DNA of 64,000 nucleotides from Marsupella aquatica (Eukaryota; Plantae; Marchantiophyta), in contig OZ316891.1 of the NCBI GenBank assembly GCA_973895155.1, forward strand, positions 11,592,771 through 11,656,770. The letters are read 5' to 3'. Positions within the stretch are counted from its first letter, which is position 1; each line of letters begins with the position of its first letter. The translations under genes were made by a program, and so were the position numbers. This document shows, piece by piece, positions 35,806 to 51,512 of the stretch. The notes beneath the pieces are model-generated. The model did not search any database, was not told the origin of the DNA, and saw nothing but the letters and a program-made list of their open reading frames with translations.

Positions 35806-37167
35806 ATGGTGTCCAAAAGTCTAGTGGCGGTGCTAGTTTGCAGCATGTTTTGTGGAGCAGTGGTGCAGGCCCAGAACTTCGATTTCTTCTACTTTGTGCA
35901 ACAGGTATGCAGGAGGCCATACCTTTAACGAGGGATTGCGGAGAGATTAGAGCAATGTGTCGCCATTTGTCTCCTGTTTTGCTTACTGTTGTGTAATTTC
36001 TTGATGGGAACAGTGGCCAGGTTCGTATTGCGACACAAAGCAGGGCTGCTGTTATCCTCTCACTGGCACTCCTAAGGCGGTCTTCGGCATTCATGGCCTT
36101 TGGCCCAACAACAACGACGGCTCTTACCCTCAATCCTGTGGCAACGAGCCTTACGACGCTCAGGAGGTATCGCCATTCTCCATCACTTCCCAATCCAATC
36201 TCACCTTGACAATTTCAATCAAATTTCCAATGCAGATTAAGAGCTCTTCTATTCAGTCTCAACGATATTCGATTTTCCAATGCAAATGAAGAGCTCTTCT
36301 ATCCGGTGTTGATGACATTCATTGTTCCCACAACTGAACTTTGTACTATCCAAATAAACAAGCATTAGTCCACTGCTTCCCAATCCATCACCTGGGAAGA
36401 ACTTTTCGTTCGAGTCTCCACAATTTCCATTGCTTCCGCAACTGAAATTTGTATCATCCCAACATACAAGCACCAATCCAGTCCAAGTGCTCGTACTTCG
36501 TATGTCAATTTCGATTTGTCCTTCGTGAGTCCTTAGCTTATTGTTTGTCCCGGCTGGCTTTTTCAACTTCAGGTGAAGGATCTGCTATCGCAAATGGACG
36601 ATGATTGGGGTTCACTCTCTTGCCCTTCCAGCGACAGCGGGAACTTTTGGAAGCATGAATGGACTAAACATGGCACTTGCTCGGGCATGACCTTGCACGA
36701 CTACTTCCAGTCTGCCATCAGCCTATACGGCAACTATGACCTCACAGGCGCCCTTGCAGATGCAAGTACGTAGCTCCACACACAAATCTCTCTCTGTGTA
36801 TAACCTTGTCGGTGGACTCTACCAGATTTGGCAATAATATCTCGGTGAAGTAAGTTGATACTGAAGGCTTGTATGGGTTGCTGCAGGCATAGTACCAGAC
36901 GGCCGACATTACCAAGTAGCAGCCATGCGCAACGCGATGAGTAGCGTTCTTAATGGCCATCTGCCAGGAGTTGAGTGCAACAACGACGGACAGGGCAACA
37001 AACAGCTCTACCAAGTGTACATGTGCGTTGCCACAGATGGGTCCACTCTCATCGACTGCCCTATCCTTCCCAGCGACGAATGCAAGGGCTCGGTGGAGTT
37101 TCCGGTCTTTGACCCTTCTTCGTTTTCTTCTTCGCTGGCGTCCAGAGTAGCAAAGAGCGAGCTCTGA
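35806..37167 (+). CDS. Ribonuclease T2, class I (RNS1/RNase LE/LX-like), with signal peptide; exons 35806-35904, 36014-36166, 36573-36765, 36887-37167
   Basis: Signal peptide then FDFFYFVQQWPGSYC; CAS I FGIHGLWPN; CAS II FWKHEWTKHGTC; GNKQLYQVYMC; GT-AG introns at class I positions. Confidence 0.95.
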
Positions 37168-38134
37168 ACCTGTACTGTAGATTAGCGAAGCCTCTATGAC
37201 CTCTTCATCGAGATTTCTTCTCCGTATTCTCGAATTATGAACTTCATGGTGGAAGTGTATCGGAACTTACCTGTCAAAGCTGGAGATCTTAATCGAGATT
37301 TCTATTCACGTTTTGGAATATGGAGATCGGTGAAGCATGTATGAGCTCTTAATCGAGAATTCAAGAACGTTGGAATTTCAATAGTTCAATGCCTGTTGAA
37401 CTGTTATTGTGCGGACATGTGTGTTGCACGAGTGTTATGAGACAAGTATTGTCTGCCTGTTGAGGTGTTGTTGTGGCGAAAATGCCTATGCAAGTGGTGC
37501 TCCCGAAAAGTATTGTTTGGTGCACAAAGTGTTTTTGAACGGTGCAAAGTGTTACCGATGCAGAACACCTGGCCCGCATAGTATATATCAAACAAATTGG
37601 AAATTTTGAGATGCTATTTCGGTGCTTCTGAAGTCATCTGACTGATACTGTCCACTGACCAACTCAGTACTGCAGGATTACGGTAGTCGTAGCAATAGGA
37701 TGTCGGCGTTCGAAAGTAAGACTGACTATTCTAAAGTAAGGTTGACATCTGACTACCTCGTCCCAAAGAGTTTGGGGAAAAAAGCGTTTCTTTATGGTTT
37801 TAGAAATAACCTTCCTCGTACCCAATAGTTCCCATGGTACCACTCCGAGACAATTAGTCATTGCCCATCAGAACCTATGATTATTTGTTGGACGACATCC
37901 ACAAGATTTTAGGTGAACTTTCTGTGTACCCCTGTAAAATAGGATCTGAACCCTCTTAGCACCTCGTTGACCCACACCATTTAATTACCACATGACCGAT
38001 CCCATAACGGAAATACACTGCTGCGATGGCAATAAACATTCATTCCATGACTGCGTTCCTAAAAGGGCCAACCTGAAGGCGGTAACGGGACAATTATGAA
38101 CAAACAAACCAGACAGGAGACGATCCTCAATCTA

Positions 38135-39842
38135 ATTATCCACGTCCCAGCCCCCAAATCGACTGAGTGTCATAATTCGTATAAAGCTGAAACTCATTGC
38201 CCAGCTTGTTAGTGTGGGCAGGCCGGAATCGACATGGCCTTGCTTTCAAGCACTTCACGCTGAACACCCCCTGTATCAACATTTCCAATACATAAGAAAG
38301 GATTGGAGAACTAGCAATTACTGAAAAAAAAATTCAATAATTACCAGCAAACGGATATAGTATTGAGGCAAAATTGAGACCCGAACCAGCCACGGCTCAC
38401 ATTTACAGGTCGTGACCGTAAGAATTGTTGATGTGCTTTTTGCAGCTGACATTCTCCGAGCACTCTTTCAGAGAGAAGGAAGTAACCAAAGGACATGGCA
38501 ACGGCAGAAAACATTATAGAGTATAAGAAAAGACAGAGGACCCCAGATATGAAGCTTAAGTACAGCAGAGCACACAAGGAAGTAAAACTCCCCGTAAGGA
38601 GACTTACGTAGCCATTAGTAAGGGGTGAAGTCTCTGGATCGTTCGCGAGGTACTTCATCTCTCAAACAGTCTTCTCCAAACGCTCTTGGCTCTGCGCCCC
38701 TAAATCAGTTTCAGAAGTTGGACAGGAAGCACATTTTGAGTCCTTTTGAGTCTGCTCATTTCCTTCTACCCTCCTACAGCGAACAGCAGTCTAGATCCTC
38801 TAATTCACTTTGTTCCTCAGGGAAGCATGGATTATCTTTAGAAGGTAGACCGATCAAAGGAGCAAAGCTTTCCATCACAGCTATATTGATGTATATCTTT
38901 CAAGGAACCGCTAAATCCACGTATGCTTGTCTCCTTGCGGTTGAATAAATCGTAGAATTCATTGCAGTCAGTGGCATAGATTTGATGGACTTGCATCATA
39001 ACAAACCAGATATGGAGGGTCCGCTACGACTACATGGAAACTTTGTCGAAGCTCAGAAGGAATGTCCAGTGGCTGATTATAATCGTAGAACACAAAGTCA
39101 GCTCCATATTTACTGAATCTTTGATCAAATTCGAAAAGACGAACTTGTGCTTCATGCAGGTTAACTTTTCTGTAATGATATGAGGATGCTAAGTGATTGC
39201 TGAAACGATGAAACTCTAGTAAGTTCAGCTTAATCCTAGAGTTCTCACGAGAAGGCAACTTGAACACGAATCATCCATGCCTTACTATGCAGGTAGACGA
39301 AATGGAGATGGTCAATAAACTACAACCCAAAGAAACAAAGAAAAATCTAAAATCACACACAAGTGTTACGGGTTAGTAAAAACTCAAAAACATCTGGAGG
39401 AGCAATGAGAAGTTCATAATAGCAATCCGAATTATATGGACTAGACGCAGACAACCTCTGTAGCAACGGTTTAAGGGGAAGAATATTGCAACAGGACACT
39501 CACTTTGAGTTGCGTGTAGCAGGCAACGCAGGCAATGGGAAGCTGAGGGCCAGCTAGCTGTGAGGTGATGCAGCTCGTCGGCCACTGTCTTCAATACCTC
39601 TGCATCATACCAGAACTGGCTAATTCTCCAATTCTCTTTGACCATCTCATACTTCCTTCCTGCAGCAGCGGCATCTGCACAGCTCAGCCCGCCCACCTCG
39701 ACCTCGACCTCATTTGAGTGAGCTCACTCTGCCTCTTGCTCCTGCAGAAAACACTACAACGCCGCTGGCGTGCTTGCACCCAATTGAGGCACGTCGTCGT
39801 CGTTGTCTTCCTCCACAGTTCCAAATTTCCAATCCCTCCCAT
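38135..39842 (-). pseudogene. EEF1AKMT1: EEF1A lysine methyltransferase 1 (N6AMT2/Efm5 family) pseudogene, 4 exons
   Basis: Motifs [72 protein letters not shown]; in-frame TAG/TGA and frameshifts in exons 1, 3 and 4. Confidence 0.85.
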
Positions 39843-42179
39843 CCTCCTCGGGCTACAGCCTCTCTTCCTGAAGGTACTCAATGAGAAGGTCTGATGAACG
39901 TTTTGGTTTCGCCTCTGATCATTGCTGTCATTCATTGAAATTTGTTGAGAACATGTGTGTGCATGTATTGAACGTCTTACTGTCTGGGAAGTCTTATATT
40001 ATTTTATCTTGCACTACGGTAGTTCAATACGTGCTCTCAAATATCCGTGCCATTGCCAGTTAGATAACATTGGGTAAGAGATGCGGTTAGGGAAATGATG
40101 CGATGCGATGCAATTGTACAGAAGATATAGTGTTGCGTTAAGGGTTTCATTGCCTTAAAAATATTTTTGTATAAAAGACGTTGTAATTAATCCCAGTCTT
40201 TCCTTTGACATGGAAACTGTCAAATTTGTAATGTTACCAAGGTTAAAAACCACTAGATTGATTATCCTTACTCATGGATGTGTCAGTCTCATCATTTAGG
40301 CTGAGTTGTTGTTGTTGCATAAATGTTATTATTTTAGTCATTGTTGTTATTGTAGTGTTGTTGTTGGGGAGTGTTGGCTTTTTTTTTCTCAGTGACCCTG
40401 CCCAGGTGGAAAATCTCCACTTGGCTGCCTCACTGAGCTCTCGGCTGACCTGTTCAGCTCGGCTCCCTTGCTCTTGGTGGCCCTTGCTGAGTTGAATACC
40501 CGAAGGTCGAGTAGGAAAATTCCACTCATAAATGATTGATGAGAGCAACTGATACCAAGGACTGGTAAGTGATGGGGTTGCAATATTCCTCGAGCAGTCT
40601 CAAGTTTAATCCACCAGACACTTCTGAGCCAGTTGCAACTCTAGTCTCTGCCCAAACCAGGCATATATGAGTGAAAAAAGTGTTTGTAGTAATTGTAGGA
40701 ATATGCATATGAGAAACGGATCAATTATAATAGGGGGTTTCCCCTCTTGGGAGCCAGTTGGGTCTTCAAAAGCTGCTAAGAACATTGAGTTACATGGTCA
40801 AATTTTGTGATCCATCCTAGCATCAATTTCACACACTTCATTAACTTTGGAGTATGAAGCCCAATGGGACCTAAATATTTTCTTTGTACGTAAAGTTTTG
40901 GTCAAAAGTGAACTGGTCCATCTGGGCTACAAGGTTCACTGGGAGTTTGGCCCATACAAGCATCAGTTTCATCAACCTGCTTTTTCCTCTTTTCTAACGG
41001 AATCAAAAAGCGTTATTAGAGTAGTATTACCTTTTTGCCCAGGCCTGTCTTCCGTACAGACCGAGGAACCAATGGGAGGCCGACCTACGTCGACCGTGGC
41101 ATCTTTGCTCAGGCGCTGCCACGCAGCTCGGTTCCAATTTATAAACCGTCGGTTCAGAGCACTATCCAAAGGACACTCAGACCCTCTGAAAGCAGACTGA
41201 TCAATTTGAGTCCCGATCGATGCATTTAATGTGAGGACGTTCTACGGTCGTGATCTCGCTCACTGAGTGAGCGCACCCCGCTGCTCCGTTAGATCACAGT
41301 AATTTGTTTGGGTTGGGCCTCTGAGGAATCACTGCTCTAGGGATGGCGCCATGGCAGATTGGCAGGCCTGGCCCCCGCCGAGTCTCGCTGCAAGGTCTTG
41401 AGTACCGTTAATTAACCCCTGGCCTTGCCTCGCTTGGCCTCGCTTGGCCAGGTAGTAGTGTACAGCGTATTTGCGTCCGTTTATGAGACACTAGACTCTC
41501 AGTGTACTCTTATGACCCGGCTGTCCGTCAGTGAGTCCTCCCATACATTCAACCATGACCCGGATAGGCTTGGTCAATAAAAGGATGTCTTGAATACAGT
41601 GAATTTTTGCGAGTGACCTCGTCCCGGAATGTTGTGACCCGGGGAAGCAACAATGACTGGTCAGGCACTGAATGTGAGGCCCGACCATGCTTGGGAATCG
41701 TGACCAAAACTGAGGGTCGACACTATCAAGCTAGAGAGGACCCGATTTCAGTGTGTTCATTGCATGACCTTGTGATTTTCACATATTGCGGCAACCCCTC
41801 TCAAAGCTGAGAGTCCAAAAATATCACTGCCTATCTATACCTAGTTTTAGTGCGCCCAAGTGCATAGCAAGATGCCTGTGAGGTGGTGTTTTTTTTTCCA
41901 ATATTGAGATGCCCTCGCACACTGGTGACCAGGAACCAAAATTGGTACTTTTGGGCCAGATTTTTTTGCTGACCTCAAGTTTTGAGACACCTCAATAATC
42001 CCAGGAGATTGTAGGAGAGGGTTTACAGTTTTTTTTAATTAAGTAGCAAACTTTGCTAGATTCCACCTCAATGAAAATTCTTTGCCACATTTTGACAAAA
42101 TCACTCTACAGTTTTGTTGGGGTCTTCCTTCTAGCTAGTTTTTCACCTAGTCCCTGGCCCCATTAGCCAGAATCTCCTA

Positions 42180-42522
42180 CACTGTTGGTGGTAACTAGGA
42201 TGACTACACTAATTTGAGAGTGTCAATTTTCAGGGTCTACTTGCAAATTAATGTTACATGCAAATTAGTGTTACAGTGGTCTTAAGATTGGAAAAAAACT
42301 AGATCTAAAAGAATTAGTGTTCTGTTGGACTCAAGTTCATCCATTTTTCACTAGCAATGTAAACAAAAGTGTAAGAAAAACTATTTCAAAAAACTGACAA
42401 AATTAGTATTCCTTTGACTCACTTTTACCAAAATTCTTTTTCCAAAATCACTTTTACCCAAACACTAACTTTGTACTGTCTAACACACTAATTCTGCATA
42501 ACACTAATTACACTGAACAGTG
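42180..42522. mobile_element. Putative MITE/foldback element
   Basis: TA|CACTGTT...AACAGTG|TA ends; internal AATTAGTGTT motifs mostly on the left and the inverted AACACTAATT on the right. Confidence 0.45.
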
Positions 42523-43619
42523 TAGTAGCCTAAATACAGGGAGATCTGACGGCCAAATATTAATCTGAGAAAATTAGAAAAGGAATATTAATAGCAATTT
42601 CTCCTCACGGAAGGTGACATTGACCACCCTAGGAAAAAATCCTTTATAAAATTACCCAAGGGTTAACCCTAAGCTTTATCTGGTTAGTTTACTACTAAGT
42701 AGAGCTTTAGTTGTGTCAGGGATTGTAAGTCTCATAGGCTTTTTGGCTCCTTTGTCTTCTAAAGGGTTTCCCTTGTTTTCTCCTTTTATCAGTCCCTACT
42801 TTTGGAATCCTGTCCAATTTGACTAATTTTATTCTTCTGTGGTGTGCACTATATCTATTAGCCACCACCTTCTTGGAGATCCCCAAGGAGGATTCAACTG
42901 TGCCTTTCATCTTTTCAGGATTTTTCTTAAAATTAGTTTAAACGTGAAATTGCCCTGGGTAAAGCTAGTCTAATTTACAAACAAAAGTTCTGGACACTGA
43001 TTGAAAGGCAAAGGTAAAGGTAAGCAGATTTGGGTCCAATCAAGTTTTGTGATCAATTTGCTGTCACATCATCAGCTAAACACACTTCATCAGTTTACAA
43101 TTATTTATGGGTTCATGTCAAGTTCTGGCAAAATTCATGGCATGCTATATCTCCACCTCAATGGTTTCTGTCAAACAATCATGTTTTGTGGTGAGAAATA
43201 ATTACAACAATATGTGTTTGTGGCAACGCCAGAACAATTGGTAAACCTGGGAACAGTAAATTTTTGGGAAAATCAACAATTTAGATACCCAATATCAAAT
43301 AGTTACTAAATGTAGTTGTTTGATCACTTTTTGAATTACAACAAGTATTCTTTGGGGCCACCCATATATATATATGTATGTTCATGGGCAACCATATATA
43401 TGCATGACACACTACCAAAGAACAAATTGTACCAAACTGGAACAAGGATCCCAAACAAAGGAGACTCAATAAATGGGAGAAAACAATGGAAAATTTTCAA
43501 GAAGACCAAAAACCCAAAGGATCCCTGACAAATGTTCCCCTCAACTACAAACTAAAACCCTATGCAACCTACAACCCTACCAAGTGGCGAACTGGAAAGC
43601 TTGGTATAGTCCTGTTGTA

Positions 43620-43790
43620 AACCACATTAGAGGATCACAAAGAGAAATTTAAAGAGGGGCCCTCCCCAGGAAAATGAATTGAAATTGCCATATAGTCCCC
43701 ACACAAACCACATTAGAGGATCACAAAGAGAAATGTGAGGAGAGACCCTACCCAAGGAAAATGAATTTAAATTTCCATACAGAAGGGGCC
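43620..43790. repeat. 86-bp tandem duplication upstream of ATP synthase beta
   Basis: ACCACATTAGAGGATCACAAAGAGAAAT...GGAAAATGAATT at 43621 and 43707. Confidence 0.8.
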
Positions 43791-44385
43791 CCTTTGTGCT
43801 CAACAATTTCAGAAAAGAGTTGCTATAGTTGGTGAAAAACCTGGTCGATCCGGGTTTTGTCACAGCAAACAATAAAAAGCCAATACTCCAAGAATAGTCC
43901 ATCCAGGTGTCCGTCCGTCCGTCCCCTCATTCCCCTACCTTGGCCAAAGGCGTTGGCGCTGTTGAGACGAGGAAGGGCGAGGGCCGCAGGGGGAATGGGA
44001 GGGTCGGGGGACACGGGGCCACTGGGGGTAGTCAAGCTCGTAGTGTGGAGAAAGCGCTTTCCCTCTCTTGCTCTCTCTCTCTCTCTCTCCCGAGTCCCGA
44101 CTACCACCATAGCTAGAAAGCTTGGGCAAGCTTGCTAGGGCAAGTTCTCTGAGGCTGCAGGAACGTCGCACCGAGGGCAAGGAAGGAAGCCTCGGGATCG
44201 ATCGATCTCTCGGAGTGGATCGATCGGCCTGGAGCAGCAGCGACCGATGCATAGCAGAGCAGGAGGGCGGGGAGAGGAGAAGCTCGAAGTGTAGACGGTC
44301 GAGGAGAGAGGGAGATCTTGGCTTTTCGAGGAGAGTAAGATCGTGAGGGAGGAGGGGGGTTTGAGGAGGAGAAGGAGGAAGAAGA

Positions 44386-48316
<3,931 letters not shown>

Positions 48317-49509
48317 TCTGCTTGTGACAGATTGTCTCGACGCTATTTAAACTGGACGACTCGTCAAGGTCATTGCCCCTTGGAAAATTTGCAGCAGAGC
48401 TCTGCAACAGGCATTGTTGGGGCAAGTTTTGCATCATCTGTTGCCACTGACCAGCATCAGCTTTCAGCTCTTGCTGAGAGTTTGTAGCATTAGGTGGTTG
48501 CCCAGGGAATCCTTTTTTGCTGCTGGTAGTCTTTTCCTTGTTTACCATGGGAATAATACGTGGTCGGTTTCAAACGCTGATTACTCCTGGGTTTACCTTG
48601 GTGACCTTGTCATTGATTGTGCGCCCACCCTTGATCAAGCAGGGGCGGCTTGCAGAATGTGAACTGAATTTTGAAATATTGTCTTGAATGCGCTGGTTGT
48701 GGAGAAAATCTGTTCGCAGATAATGCCGAGAAAACCTGACTCGACGGAGTGCATGTGGTGCGTGTATGTTGTGTCTCCCTCCTCAGCACTTCTTACAAAC
48801 ACAGGCTTGAGCCCATGTTCCTTCCTGTTAGTGATAGCTCATTCTTAGACTCGCATCCAGATGCTTTGTGGAAGGGTGGACAGGGCTGGTTCTGATGGGT
48901 TCCTACCTGGCTAGAGAGTCTCCAGCAAGTGCTTCTTTTGTTCAAGACAGCTGAGTAATAAAAATAGTCACGCCATGAATTTAAAATCGAAGTCAATGAT
49001 TTAGAGTAATCTGATACTTTTTGGGTTTATGCTGCGTGTTGCATGTTGGATCTTTGTTTTCATTGCATCCTTCGCAATGGACTTACCAACTTGGTGTACT
49101 TCCCGTGTCACACGTACCCACACAATTGGTGGGCCAATTGGTCGGAGAGCTGATGGCTAGGCATTTCAGCTGTCTGAGCAAGCTGTCCAAAAGAATATTG
49201 ATCCTTCGCAGGAGTCGGATTCACCGCACTAAAGCTCCTACCACTGGAAGACTGGTGAGATTGTGATTGTGGGTTGTCTGAAACGGAAATTGCTCGAAGT
49301 TTACATGAGGGGCGGTTTGGCATGCTGTGTTGTCTTGCGGTAGTGTTGATTGGTACTGAAAAGTTGTTTCTTACAGCGCCCCGATGAAGTGCTAGCAAGC
49401 AGCTGTGTGGAAACAAGACTCACCTTAATCATTTGAAGAATCATGAGAACCTTTTTTATACTGTAACCAGGCATCCTTACTCGCCTAACCCGACGAGCCT
49501 CTTCGTTAT

Positions 49510-50187
49510 TAAATCACGCCTGCGCCTATATCCCCATTCCATGCCTCAAGTACTCACCATAAAAGGTGGAGCACTCAGCACCTTTTGTGGGAACAACTCA
49601 CGCCCATTCTTACTAAAAGTGCCCCTGAGTCATTAAATCACACCTGCCCCTATAAACTCCATTCCATGCCTCAAGTACTCATCATAAGAGGTGGAGCACT
49701 CAGCACCTTTTGTGGAACTCAAGCCCATTCCTACTAAAGTGCCCCTGGATTCATTTAAATCACACCGTCCCCTACAAGCCCACCATAAGAGGTGGAGCAC
49801 TTTAAATCACACCGTCCCCTATAAAGCCCACCATAAGAGGTGGAGCCCTCGGCACCTTTTGTGGAACTCAAGCCCATTCCTACTGAAGTACCCCTGGATT
49901 CATTTAAATCACACCGTCCCCTATAAAAGCTCCATTCAATTCCCATGCCTCAGTACTCACCATAAAAGGTGGAGCACTTCAGCACCTTTTGTGTAACTCA
50001 TGACCAGTCCTACTAAAACTGAACCTATTCAGTGTTGAGAGCCGCGGGTAACCTTTTGTGGAACTCATGCCCGGTCCTACTAAAACTGAACCTATTCAGT
50101 ATTGAGAGCCGCGGGTAACCTTTTGTGTAACTCATGCCCGGTCCTACTAAAACTGAACCTATTCAGTATTGAGAGCCGCGGGTAACC
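49510..50187. repeat. Compound tandem array: ~122-124-bp units (49510-49995) followed by three 67-bp units (49985-50186)
   Basis: Unit starts TAAATCAC at 49510, 49634 and 49756 (partial 49803, 49905); 67-bp unit CCTTTTGTGKAACTCATG.CC.GTCCTACTAAAACTGAACCTATTCAGTRTTGAGAGCCGCGGGTAA at 49985, 50052 and 50119. Confidence 0.9.
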
Positions 50188-51512
50188 TGTAGCATTTTGT
50201 GGTGCAGTTGTGGTTTAAGGTGGAGCGGAGCTTGTTATCCTTTTGCAGTGAGTCATATACGTCATCTCCATTCTCAATTTATCCCTTAAATGTAACGAGT
50301 TGACACTGACCCAGGAGTCGTTGTGGGCCTATTGTAGTGTACCCAGTAGCCCCTGAAATAAAGTTGTGGCTGGCGAGATATGAGCGTTTCTGTCTCATGG
50401 GTTCTCGAGACAGTAGTCAGATAGTCCCCTAATGCACAAGGGAGCATCTTTGTGATTCCTAGCATGAGGTTGGTGCTCCATGATGGGTCCCTGCTGTTGC
50501 TTGGCTACGAAGGGATTAACTTCTTGCACCAGGGCCAAGCCCAGTCTGAGTACTGGTCTGGTCATAGTACCTTACCTCTTTGGTAGTAGTCACTGGAGAA
50601 ACCCAGCCAGTCTTCCGCAAACGGCTTCTCAACCAATGGGCTATTATGATCATGAGAAACCAGAGACACTCAATTATTCTCTACTTTCTCATATGAACCA
50701 GCAATCCTCATCTATGCTTCGCTTCTGATGACTTGCATACCCTACTTTTTGCCCCCGACGCAAGACCCTCTAGTCATCTGCTTATCTTTATTTCCATCCT
50801 ACCTGTGGTCCCATGGAGCACATCTCTGGATATGCAGTTCAGCTTCAGCCCTGTAATGGGGCATTCACGTGGATGACAAGAGCAATCAAAGTTATGACAA
50901 AAACTCTTCACTCACGGAATGGTCCAGGTGTCCTTAGGCACACCAACTGGTTGCAAACTTTGCAACGCAAAAACTTTGGGTTCTAGGTCAGTTTGGAGAC
51001 CCCTTTATAGGGTGAAGCCACAGTCAAGATAAAGAAGGAGAAGCACATTCACAACAAATCACATTAACTAATCTTATCAATACCCTTGAAGATACAACAA
51101 CAGTAAGAAAAGACCAGTTGACATCCTAACTCAGTGCACATTACTTTGAAAAACCGAAGGTAAGAAATGACTAGTCGGCAACCAATGGGCAGCTTTCCGT
51201 TCACCCCCACCCTTGCACCGGTTCTTACGAGAGGGCTGGAACACAAGAAACATACTCACAAAATGAATGCGATGTACAGATTTCTGGAATTTTTTTAACC
51301 TACATTTGGCATTCTTTGTGAAAGACACTTGGTGGAAGGAGTGGCATTTGGCCAGTTGCCAGAATTCAAAACCGGCGCTTCAATTACGAAACAGCAACGT
51401 TAACAAAAGCCGCCATGGCCGTTTACAACAAATGCAAGCCAATAAAATTCCCAAGGTATAGGTCGCGGTGGGGAGTTCTGGTTAAATTGTGAAGATACGT
51501 AACAAGAACGCA

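Noticed and set aside
39700-39770. In-frame stops in EEF1AKMT1 as U-to-C editing or readthrough sites
   Set aside because: They are accompanied by frameshifts and motif deletions; plant U-to-C editing is organellar
41250-41298. CGCTCACTGAGTGAGCG palindrome inside a GTGATCT/AGATCAC stem, resembling an AAV ITR fragment
   Set aside because: The match is too short and no Rep or capsid sequence is nearby; probably part of an unclassified TE remnant whose ends and TSD I could not define
49985-50187. 67-bp period as a CRISPR repeat-spacer unit
   Set aside because: The whole unit is repeated, so there are no unique spacers; the context is eukaryotic
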